Notes under the pieces: model-generated
What the model saw: only the letters and a program-made list of their open reading frames with translations
Told to the model about the DNA's origin: nothing
Database searches by the model: none
In this document: positions 24,101 through 35,840 of the stretch, one piece after another
Numbering within the stretch: position 1 is the first letter of the stretch
Layout of the letters: every line of letters begins with the position of its first letter
Position numbers and translations under genes: made by a program
Source of the DNA: Elsinoe ampelina
Taxonomy: Eukaryota
Direction of reading: 5' to 3'
Length of the DNA: 64,000 nucleotides
NCBI GenBank assembly: GCA_010093995.1
Contig: ML992503.1
Location: forward strand, 735,234-799,233

Positions 24101-27100
24101 ATACTACCGAAGATAAAGAAGCTAAAGGTCGCTACTAAACCTATAGAAAAGATTCTACTTAATAACCTTATACTAGCTCTTATTAAGAATACGCTTTATA
24201 ATAACAATATTAGTAAGAAATCTATCTAATTCTTCTTTAATTAGGACGACTAGTAATACTCTACTACATTTGTAAGAATAAAGGAAACAATCTTAAAAGT
24301 CTTTACGGAATTTAATATTAAAATTAAGAAATAAGATAGAAGTAAGTTATGCAATTCTAAAGTGCTTAAAGCACGCCTTAAAATTAAAACTAGGCTACTA
24401 AATAGCACGCCTAACAATTTCTAGCTCTTTGTTAACCGACTAGATTAGAAAGATCTAGACTAGTTTAAGGAGAACTTACGAACTATAGTTAATATCGATA
24501 AGATAAAAGCTATATAGCGATTATTCCGAAATACTATACAATTAATAAGGGCAAATCTCCTGTTAGTTAAAAGGGAAAGAATAACGTTACTAGGTAAAGA
24601 AGGCACCTAGAGTCTATATCCTTTAGCTACCTCGTCTATATAGATACTAATACTCTTCTAAGTAAGAACACTATCCTTAGAGAGACATATAACTTATATA
24701 AAGACAGGCGATAAGAGATTAGATTTATATATATAGCCTTATTATAGAATATTCGGCTTTAACTAGGGGCTAGTGTCTAATCGTGTCTAGATTAATATCG
24801 AATTTGCTACGATTTAGATTATAGAGGTTATCGAAGTAGATACTATTCCGTATCTAACATTAAGAAAGAACATCTACGTCTACGACTTAAGAAAGCCTAG
24901 TGCCGGTAAGGACAAGAATTATTACGTTAATTACTATATTAGTAAGCTTAGGCAGATCCTTAACATTAGAGGTAATTACCTCTAACTTTACTAGCTTAAT
25001 ATATATAACTCCGTATAAGTCTTCGCTATTAAAGACTCTTTCGATCTAGACGCTACTATTACTAAGTATATTACGACTCTTATCCCCGGTGCCTATAAGA
25101 TCTTTCTCTATCTTACTTCTTCTATAGTATTTATTAAAGATCTTCTCGACTTTATACGAAGTAAGTTTATCTCTTTCCTATTTATCTATATATACTAACA
25201 CTTATAGATAACTCTTATTAATATTGTAGTAGCTAGCGACTACTTCCTATAGCCGAGGCCACTATAGAAGAGAACTTAGAAGTGTTTCTTACTCCTAAGA
25301 AGCTTCGCTTTATAGATATTAACACTAATAAGAAGCGTAAAGGAGATTAGTAGAAAGAGAATATTATAATATAGAACGTTTAATACCCGTAATAGCGACT
25401 AAACCGCTAAAGGCAAGAGTAGTAATACTACTATATTTTATTTGCTATTACGTTATTTATAAAACTGTTTAGTTCTTAACTAATAAAGTTTTATTTAGCT
25501 TGTTCTACCCCTAAGAGGCTATAGCCTCTATAAATTCTATAATTTCTATTATTATTATTAGAAGCAAACTTGCTCGATAGTCCTATAACTATAGCTAGAC
25601 GGATTTTAACTAACCTAGCGACTTAGTTTAGAGTATAGTCTTACTTTACATAGTTTTAGAAGAATATAGCTCCTTCTCCCCTACTAGAAGAACATAGCCT
25701 ATTTAGACTATAGCATATGCCGCTAAGGCGCTATCTATATTCCTACTACTTTAATAGCTTAAAGAATATTATATAAGCTACTATACACCTAAGGCCGGCT
25801 ATCTATCTAGATAAATGTAATCTCTCGAAGCTCTCTAATACCTCTCCTAAGTTCTACTTTGTTACTAGTAACTTCCTATAGCTCGCCTAGCACGCTATAA
25901 CGTATTAGAGTAAAGAGAGTAAGTCCGAGAAGATAATAACTTACTTCTACTAATACGAGATTAATATCAGTATTAAAAAAGTAATATGTTTTTAATATTA
26001 TCGACAATAGAAACGAAGTAATACCACTATAGATATAATAGACTAGGGCGTTTAATAATAAGTAAAACAAGTTAGCGGAATAGAATCTTATTCCCTATTA
26101 TAGTAGAAGCAATAGTACAAGTTTTAGTTCTATACCGAACTTAGAGTTAACTAAATTAAATAAGAATAGTATAGTGCTATAAAGAAGCGCGTAGGTATTA
26201 CTACTAACACAGTTATTAGGCTTTACCCTCGTATACTAGCGAGGTTTACACGTAGTATACTTAGAAGTTAATAAAGAATTCTCGCTAACTATTATTAGTT
26301 CTAGCTACTACCTCCCGACAAATAGTAGAGACGCTTTAAGTTAGGTTACGCCTCCTAACTAAGTATAAACTTAAGTTAGTTTAGTTAGCCTAAAACTAGA
26401 GACAAACTTATTTTATATTAGGGCGGATAAGTCCTTTAAGGGAACGCTATAACGCCTAGCTATCTTATACCTCTCCTTATTAGGTAATTACTACTCGGCA
26501 TTAGCACGGCTCTACTAACTACATACGTAGGTTTAGTATTAAGCTTAACATTTGATATAAGATCGATTATACCGAGAGAAAGAGATTAGATGTCTACTAC
26601 TTAATAAAGGCAGCTTCGACATAGTAGAGCTAGTCTCTATCTATAGGCGGCAAAGACGTACCTATTACAAAGAATAAGAGAGGATAAACTAGACACGATT
26701 TAACTTAATATTACTATATAATATAATAAGAGGCAGCTCTCTACCTATGTAAAGGTAACGTAAGAATAGTTAAAGCCTATTATAGCTTCCTTTTTGTAAA
26801 TATAATAGTCACTTCTCGTTTCTAGTTTAAAATCTTTATATTAGTCCCTATATAGATAGCTAGACTTCTATTTATTCCTCTCGATATGTATCTTAACCTA
26901 ATTATAAAACATCTAGTAGCTACGCCTACTTTTATGTCTTATTAGGTTTGAGATATTTCTAACTAGAACTCTAAAGTTTTAATCGAGAATAGATATCTTA
27001 TTTCTTTAGTAGCACTATATACATAAATTGCTTCGCGTATAGGGGAGTATACCTTAACTACGATTATAGAGACGCTATATAGGAGAGAGTAGCACGGGAT

Positions 27101-28001
27101 AATATCTATATTTAACAAGTAAAAGGAACCTAGAGATAATTATACTAGATATTGTTGCGAGCTTACTTTATTCGCTCCGCTACCTCGCTAGTATAGGAAG
27201 AGTAATAACATCGACCGACATTATAGTAGAGGCTATAGACACTTCTTAAACTTTATACCCCGAGCCGAAGCAGTAGACAAGTATATAGCTAGCGCTACGC
27301 TAGATTAGAAATATAAGGCCTTTATATTATTATTCCCGAGATTATAGAACAGAAAGTCTATAGTTAGAAGACTAAGAGGCAGTAAGGAATTATTCGTATA
27401 TATAACTCTATAGCGCTAGTAGTAGCTATAGTAGTTAGTTTAACTTAGTTAGTCTAGTTTAGTTGTTACTAATAAGAGAGCTATATCTACGATAACTTAA
27501 GAGAATCCTAAATAGCTAAGCTATTAGGATCGGTAAGGGCACTAAAGTCGTTATTGTCGATTATAGAGAGAAGTCTATAGTAAGCTACGTAGGTATTATC
27601 GAGGTAGCTATATTAAAGTAAACTTACTTCGAGAAGGCTACGCTAGTTAGTTTATAACTAGAAATAGTATATAGTTCTATAACGAGTAGAGTACTAGTGC
27701 TTCTACCTTAATAGTATAACTTTGCTTAATACAAAGTTAGTATATAGATCTAATTATTATAGTAGGCTTCCGATAGTGCCTTAAAGAATATAATATTTAC
27801 TAGCGTAGATATAATAATAGCGTTTATGCTTAAGCTAACTATACTATTCTATCGGCCGAAGAAGTAGGTTAACTATAGCTACGATACACCGACGATAATA
27901 TAGAAGGTTATATAAGACAATATAGCGAAGCGAACGAACTAAAAGTATAGTTGTTTAAACTAATAGAGGAGTAACGGCAAATTATTAGTTTATCCTTATT
28001 A
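24101..28001 (+). pseudogene. RIP-degraded SNF2-like helicase paralog A with degenerate ATPase motifs
   Basis: Collinear protein similarity to 31362-35343 at the N-terminus (FFNQDDxQY; DxDWFKxN) and C-terminus (RIxKxTxxVIV; AFMxKLxxLFYRP...MMWKVI), but canonical helicase motifs are not recoverable. Confidence 0.7.
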
Positions 28002-28488
28002 AGATTAGTTAAGGGAACGCCTACAATTTTCACCTAAAAAGCACTAGTTTTAGTTTAGCGAACTAATTAACTACCCCTAATAGATTAACTATAGGTATAA
28101 ACGACCTAACGTTATATAGCCGAGGCATCTTTGTATACTACTATTACTATTTTTTCGTAGAGGCTATTTATAACTAACTTATTATAATACTAGCGACAAG
28201 TCGAGACATAAGATAGTAAGAGCTATAAATCGTTTACTAGCTAAAATTATTATACCTACGTAGCACCTCCTATTTTATAATTGCTATAAAAGCCTCTACT
28301 AAAGACAATAGCGCGACAATAGCTAATTAAGTATAGCATTTAATATTATCCTTAAGCGAGAGACAGCTAATAAACTCTATTACCTAGATATATTAGAGTA
28401 AACTCTGTCTCGACATGTCTAGTACTATAGCGTAGATACAATTTTAGCTTTAGTTCGCCGATACTATATAATAGCTTAGTCCTATTAG

Positions 28489-28962
28489 CTCTACTACGAA
28501 TTACAGTAAATAAGAACTAAACTAAGTAACGAGGTAGAAACGATAGTCTATAGCTAGTGTTAGGTGTCCTTTCTCCTTCGCCTACTATATAGTATAGTAT
28601 AGTAGATAATCCTCTTAGTCTCTTTACTAACCTTAACCCTCGACCTCTAGCACGTAGAATAGACAGTAATAGTAATAGTAGGCTCGATAGCGACATATAC
28701 AAGAAAGAGAAGAGTATAGACGAGGTTATAATAGAAAGCACACACGAGAAAGAGTAAGTAATTATAGTAAGTATAACTAGTAGCACGTCTATAGAGTAGA
28801 GTACTAGGAGGTTGTCCTTATCTAGTAGAGCTATATCCGATTGTACTACGTTCGAGATAGTAACTAGTATACTAGCTAGTAGCGAGGAGTTAGTAATAGA
28901 TATAGTTTATCCTTAGTTTATATTAACTAATCTTGTCTAGATCTTCCTAAGTCTATAATATA
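28489..28962 (+). repeat. Direct repeat Y, copy 1: truncated duplicate of the 5' part of the Plavaka transposase gene (copy 2 at ~35841-36314)
   Basis: Near-identical to 35917-36314 from 28565 (offset 7352), including the same small intron; diverges after TAAGTCTATAATATAT. Confidence 0.9.
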
Positions 28963-29336
28963 TCCTTTGCCTCGAGCGATTAACAAGATATAGCTTAGCT
29001 AGAGACTCTCGGCTCGGCACTCTAACGTTTAATAAAAGGTAAGCTACTAACTTAGATAGATAATTTTAATTCGAGTTAGGTCGTCGTAGTAGAAGTACCT
29101 TCTAGTAGAATACACTCGCCGCGGACTACTAGCCTCTATATAATGTTCTAACAAATCTACTTCTACCTACGTAAAGGTACTAAAGATATATCTAAGTTAC
29201 ATATATAAAGGCTATAGTAGTCTAACTAATAGTAAAACAGTATTTACTAGTAGGAAGCTTACTCGGCTTAAATTTAGTAGTGCGAATCGTCGCTTTACTC
29301 TATCTCTAGCATATTATATATAGCAGTAGTAGAGGG

Positions 29337-29536
29337 TAGCTAGCAGGGGACAGCTAGTAGTTTATTATGTCGAACTAACAATTTCTTAGTTCTCTCTCTC
29401 GAAGTTTAAAGATAACTTAAAATTTCGACCTAACTATAGCTAGTAGGGGACAGCTAGTAGTTTATTGCGTCGAACTAACAATTTCTTAGTCCTCTCTCTC
29501 GAAGTTTAAGAATAATCTAAAATTTTAACCTAACTA
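29337..29536. repeat. Tandem duplication, 2 x 100 bp
   Basis: TAGYAGGGGACAGCTAGTAGTTTATT...CTCTCTCGAAGTTTAA...CCTAACTA at 29341 and 29441. Confidence 0.93.
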
Positions 29537-29663
29537 GATTAAGCACTCCTCGGAACTTAATTACGTAATGCTATCTAATTATATTCTTCTCTAAAGTTAA
29601 GTATCGTATATTTAGAGACTTATAATCTTTATAGCATTATAAATGCGTTGCAAACTCTGTTTA

Positions 29664-30465
29664 TAGTAACACAACTATATCGTAGATACGATTTACTATA
29701 ACGCTTTAGTTTGCGCCCTCTACTTACACTAATCTAAATATAGGTATTAGCGTCCCTAGTATAACCTTTTCTCTTCTCTCTATCTAACCTCGATAATAGC
29801 TAGCTATCTATTATAGTAGATTCCCCGCTTAGTATACTATAATTATCTATTGCTATATATACGATAGCAACTCTAATATTTACTTCTATATTACTGTCGC
29901 TACTACTTCTAATAGTATCCTCTATACCGGCTATATCGTGTTTATAGAATTAACTACTGCTAGTACCTAGTAGTTACGCCGGAGTAAATCTATTATAGTA
30001 TATCTCTCTATCTTGCCTACTACGCCGCTATAGGCTTAAGGGTGTATAAGGAGACTCTAATATCTCTTTCTCTCTCCCCGCTACTACTACTCTTTATAGC
30101 TTCCTTTACACTAGCTATGTATTATTAGTAGGACTAGCTACTATCTCTACCTAGTAGCTACGACTAAGCGAATCTATCGCGGAGCATCTCCTAATCTTAT
30201 AGATAGCGCTACTAGAGGTTCTAGCGTACGTAAAGAGAGTAGAGAAGCTAGCGTTTACCGGGGATTACCTACCTTATAGTATAAGAATGTCGAGGGGAGA
30301 ATTATAGAGGAACAACTAGTATAACAAAGAGGAAGAGATAGAGGAATATTACGGGTAAAGATACGTCTACTACCTCCTACTAGATAGTAGCTTACTATAG
30401 AGAGCGTTATAGGCGGAGCTATACTAGTAGTGTCCTCTCTTGCTATTGCCTTTCTAGTAGAGCTA
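29664..30465. repeat. Direct repeat X, copy 2
   Basis: Collinear with 15468-16270. Confidence 0.92.
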
Positions 30466-31361
30466 GGCGAGGAATAAAGCGTATTTGTAATTATATAGAA
30501 TATACTATTAACTGCCTATTCCGCGGAATGTATAGCCTTTACTCTACTCTACTACTTAATTCTATATATAGCAATTATAAAGTCTAGATAATTAGATAGT
30601 AGTATATTACTTTCTTTATTCCTTTACTAGCATCTATAAGCTATACTATACGCTATACATACTATGCCCTTTATTCCGCTATAGGCTACTAACCACCTTC
30701 TATTTATATTCTATTACTATTGTCCTTTATATACGAATACTAGTTTTGCTATTAAAATATTGTTTCATTATTTCACGTTAACTACTACTATATTTCCTCT
30801 ATTTATTAGACTATTATTCCTTAAGATCTACCCTAAACACGACAATAGTATCCTTAGTGTATATAGTATATAAAATAAAAGGTAACTAAGTACACGAACT
30901 ATAGTTACTCTTAGTTTAGTGTCTAAACTAAGTAATTTACTATTATATATATGCTATATCTAGTATACTACTACGTGCTTAGTTCGGGGCCTAACCTAAG
31001 TCGACTAAATTTAGGTTACTTCTCTCCTTAATTGCTTTAGTTTACCTTTGTTTATACTCTCTTATATATAAATAAATAACTTATATAGCTCTCTAGTATT
31101 TCTTTAACCTCTTTAATCTCTCTTTTAAGCGCTCTTTACTTAAATATCTCCTCTTTAGTTAAGTCTTAGTTAGGTATATATCACGAAGTGTATAGACCTA
31201 CTATGTTAATAAATTCTCTTCTTAATTCTTCTAAACTTATAAATACGTAACACCTTTATAGAATCTCTTCTTTAACATCTACTACACCTACTTAACCTAT
31301 TTACTAGATATTATTCTAAGCTTTATTTGTAGTATATACTAAGCTTATAGATGTATATAAT

Positions 31362-34300
31362 ATGTCTAAGAATTAGCCTAACGGCGCTAGTATAGCTACT
31401 AATAACATTCCGCTCTACGAAAGACCTCCTATAGAAATTTAAGCATAGCTTAATAAAAACCTTAAGATTAAGAGATTCTTCCTTGAATTCTTTAACTAGG
31501 ATAACAACTAGTACGCCGCCGCACGCGTAAGAGCGTAGGAAGAATATAAGAATGCCTATATAGTTCTAGAACTCGAATATAAGGAACCTTAGAATAGTAA
31601 TGTTAATATAACTATAATTATAAATAACATTAAAACTTCCCTATAATACTCTTAGGATAACTATACGAAGATCTTCTTTTAAAGACTATACTATTAAGAC
31701 TAAGACTAGTTTAAGAGGAACGTTAGAAACTATAATAATATATCTAGTTATAATGTCATTAAAGATTTTATCCTTACTATTAAGGCGTAAGAGCTTAGGA
31801 ATAAGAAGAATTAGACTAAAGTAGATAAGAAGGCTTATTCTAAGAAGCACATTAGAAAGCGCCTCTCTACTATCTAGTCTAATAGTAGACTCTTCGAAAG
31901 ATTAGAGACTTCTATACTTAGTAGCGGACTTATAGGTATAGATATTAATTACTATACTAGTTAGCCTATATGTTAGTAGTAAATACTAGAGGACATGTCT
32001 TGTCTAGTCTAGAGTATTATCGATAAAACTATTATCGACTTTATAATTGTTAAGTAATTAGATATTAGCCCGGGCGTAATTATAAAGAGAGGATATTTAC
32101 ATTATCTATAGGTGTTTAGTCTAAGAATTTTAAGGTCACATCCGGGGGATTATAATCTAAACGTATATAGCCTTAATAATATTAGGCTATTCCTAAAGGA
32201 GAAGAAGTTAGTTAGCAATAATATTATTCTTATATAGATAGATTATATAGAGCTATATAACATCCTACCTATCTTAGACAACTATAACCTACGTGCTACT
32301 ATAATTAACTATGTTAACTCCCTAGTTAAAGGTAGTAATATAATCTTTATCTATCTTACGCCTAGTATAGATCTAGTTAAGAAGCTCCCTAAAGAAGTAC
32401 TTTATAAGTTTAACACTTAGTTCGACTTAGGTATATACTAATATACTTAGTTAACTCTCTTTAGTATTGTAATAGTTAGAAGCTATTAACTCTAGTCTAG
32501 GAGGAAGAGAAAGAGAAACCTCTAGCCCCTCTATCTCTAGCTAAGTGCCTACTACTACATAAACCTACCCCTAAGAAGTAACCTAGCTCTCTACTACCTA
32601 ACGAGGATAATACTACTATTAACTATCGTCCTACTCGGGTGATAGAAGACAAATACTATAAGCAATACCGAGACAGCAATTAGTATCCCTTTATAATTAT
32701 GCCTAGCGAGGAGCAAGTAAGGTACTATATTCCGTTAGTCTCTAAGACGCTATCTATACCTATCCTAGCGCTTATAACTTGCATATTTAATAAGACTCTT
32801 AGCAGCTCGAACTTTATTAAACTTTATACTATAAACAATAACAACGACGAGTAAACTAGTAATAATCTAGCTAACTAAAGCTTTATCTCTATAGGTACTA
32901 GAATTAATTACTAGTCTAAAGAGTTCTAGGAGAGAGTCTATAACTTTATAGGCTTTAAGAAAGACATCTACTTACTAAACGCTAGTATATAGTGTTTTAG
33001 TTAGAATAAGAAGTATCTAGTCGAGGCAGTATAGATATACTTAGCGCTTATTATACTTAAGAAATACCTCGAAGGCTATCTAGTATTTATATTTATATAT
33101 AAGATAGAATTTAGAAAGACTCCGATAGGACTCTTCTTTCTCTTACTAATTCGGAACTTAAATAAAAAGGTTATCTAGAATACTAACTATACTACTATAC
33201 CTAAGGATAAGTAGAGTAAGTACTAGAAGGTAAAGATACTAGTTAACGAGCTATAGCTAGATATTACTTCTACGGATACTATTAGCTATAATCTAATTAT
33301 TGGCGGATTAAATGTAATAAAATAGTAGGCGCGAGAGATACGAAAGTTTATACCTAATATAAAGGTCGTCCTATACTAGGGAAGAATATTCTAAGCTATG
33401 TAAGAACATAAGTACGGCGACGTATATAATATAGACACTTTAATTTGTAAAGAGGATCTACCTATAGGCTGCCGCTAATAGGAGTCTTAGCTAATAGATA
33501 AGTCTAGTAAGTCTATCGACACTATTATAGTCTTATAACTAGTCGATATACGTAAGTGACACCCCTAGACCTTATAGATAAATAATTAGTTCTTCTTTAC
33601 TACTTGCGATACTATAATCTACTACTTCCTTAGTAAGAACAATATAAATACTAAGGATTAGGACTTTATTCCTAAGGGACAAGAGAGAAAGCCGGGGTCT
33701 ACGCCTATAAACTAAGCTACTATTATCTTTAATAAGTTCTATTAGGTTACTAGCTAGAAGACGTAGACCTAGTATTATCTAGGAATACTACTAGAGAGGC
33801 CTTTTATACTAGATATAAGCGAGATACTATTTATTAAGTGCTTAAATGTAGTAGCGTTCTTAATAGCGGCTATATATAAGGACTTTAGATTAGAAAAGCT
33901 TAATATAAATAGAAGTAGAATAGGAGAATTTAACGAGAACTATATCTATAAATCTAAGTAGAAGCTAACTAAGGCTAAGAATAATAAACATTAAGTAACA
34001 CTAAAGACAACACTAGACAAGACTTAATAAGCTATCGCTAATAAGCTTAACTTCTAAATAGTATTAGACTATGCCTTTGTAATTAATAAATAGTATAAGG
34101 CAAATAACAACTCTAGTAAGTTTAACAAAAAGAGAGGTATATAGTTTATAAAAGAAATTATAGTAATAGTTAGTAAATAGAGTACTATCCTTACGAATAT
34201 TCTTATTAAGATAAACGTAAACTATATCTAGAAACCTTTTAATACTACTCCTAGTCTACTAGCTATTAGAGTTCTACTATATTCTACCTTCGACCTAGAG

Positions 34301-35343
34301 ATCGCTATCGAGGATAAGTATCTTTATAGTCTTATAAATATATAGAAGAAGATTAAACGAGATATAGATAAGAGTATATAAGAGGTAATCGATAGGTAAA
34401 AGGACAAATCCGATAAGCCCGAAGTAACATTAGAGATAATCCTTAATAAGAAGACTAAGGAGTAAATACTAAGCCTAGTTATGCTACTACTACTTTTCTC
34501 TATGTTTCTTGCTCTTATAGATATATTCTAGAACAATCCCGCGGTTATAGAAGAGTTTAGTAACTTTACTATTAAGTTTACCTACGAAATTATATATAAC
34601 TCCTCGGAGATAGCGCTATAGTAGCATATAGATAAGATCTACGCTAGTTCTTAGATAAAGGTCCTTTATAGTGTTATTTCCGAGATTATTAAGTAGAACA
34701 TCTCCTATTCGAAGGAGCTAAAGAGGTAAGTAATTGTCTATACATTTACACTGTTAGTGCTAGTAGTTGCTACAATAGTTAGTTCGGTCTATTTAGTCTA
34801 TTTAGGTTATTACTAATAAGGGTATAGTATCTAAAATAGCTCGAGAAGCACCTAGACGGCAAAGCAATTAGAATTGATAAGGATACTAATATAGTTATTG
34901 TCTACTATAGAATAATATCTATACCTGCCTATATAGATATCGTCGACATAGCTATATCTAATAATACATTTATCGAACCTAATAGGCCGGAAGGCTTAAG
35001 GATCTTAATTGCCTAGGGTAGAGCTATTAAGACTAGTCTTAATCTAAACTGCTTTAACACTATAATCTCGCTTAATATAGCGTTAGTGTTATAATCTATT
35101 CTTTAGTGTCTAGCTTAGGTCCGTAGGAACATTAAGTCTTAGAAAGCTAACTATATAGAGGCATTTATAATAAAGCTAATAGCTCTGTTCTATAGGCCTC
35201 TAGAATAGCTTAATAGTAGACAGGGTAGGCCGTTAATAATATAGAAGGTCATCTACGAGGAAATAGAGAAGTAGAAGGCAAAGATCTAGAAACTTTAATA
35301 AGCTATAGCGAAGAAGAACACAATTATTATAGATAATAATTAA
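31362..35343 (+). pseudogene. RIP-degraded SWI2/SNF2-like SF2 helicase/ATPase gene B with a long N-terminal extension
   Basis: ATG 31362. After RIP reversal: Walker A HEMGFGKT (TAT AAG ATA GAA TTT AGA AAG ACT, 33098-33121), Walker B IIFDEFH (AAT AAG TTC TAT, 33731-33742), motifs V-VI TGLNLNCFNTIISLD...SILQCLAxVRR (35032-35127). Confidence 0.82.
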
Positions 35344-35840
35344 GATTGCTAGATAATAGTCTAACTATATCACCTAAAAATATAATTCTTTAGTTTAGCG
35401 AACTAATTTAGTTCCCTGTGTATATTAAACTATCTTTTAGGTTACCTAATATAATATAGTATCTAAATGTTTTCTACTTTCTACTATCGCTAAAATTTAG
35501 CTAGCTAACTCTAACTACGAATTTAGATCTTAAGCGACAAACATAGATATACTAAGGCAAATTAGTAAATACTCGGCCTATAGGAAGATTATATAATCTA
35601 GTAGAGGCCTTGTCTAACATCTACTGTATTACTAGAGAAGAGAGCTACTAATAAGTAATATAGCGTAAGTCTTACTAGAGTAACGTAGCGATAGACATCT
35701 ACGTAGAGATAACGCTAGTAATAATCCTTGCTTATTTAATAAGGGAGAGCGCTTACTATCTAATAAAGGCCGACGAGGTAGTATTACTAGTAATGTATAA
35801 TATAGTCCGCTAACGCCGAATAACCTACTAGTCTACTTTA

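Noticed and set aside
24101..35343. Helitron Rep/PIF1 helicase or telomere-linked RecQ helicase
   Set aside because: Motifs (EMGFGKT, DEFH, GLNL...Q...R) are SNF2-type; no HUH Rep motifs or telomeric repeats were seen.
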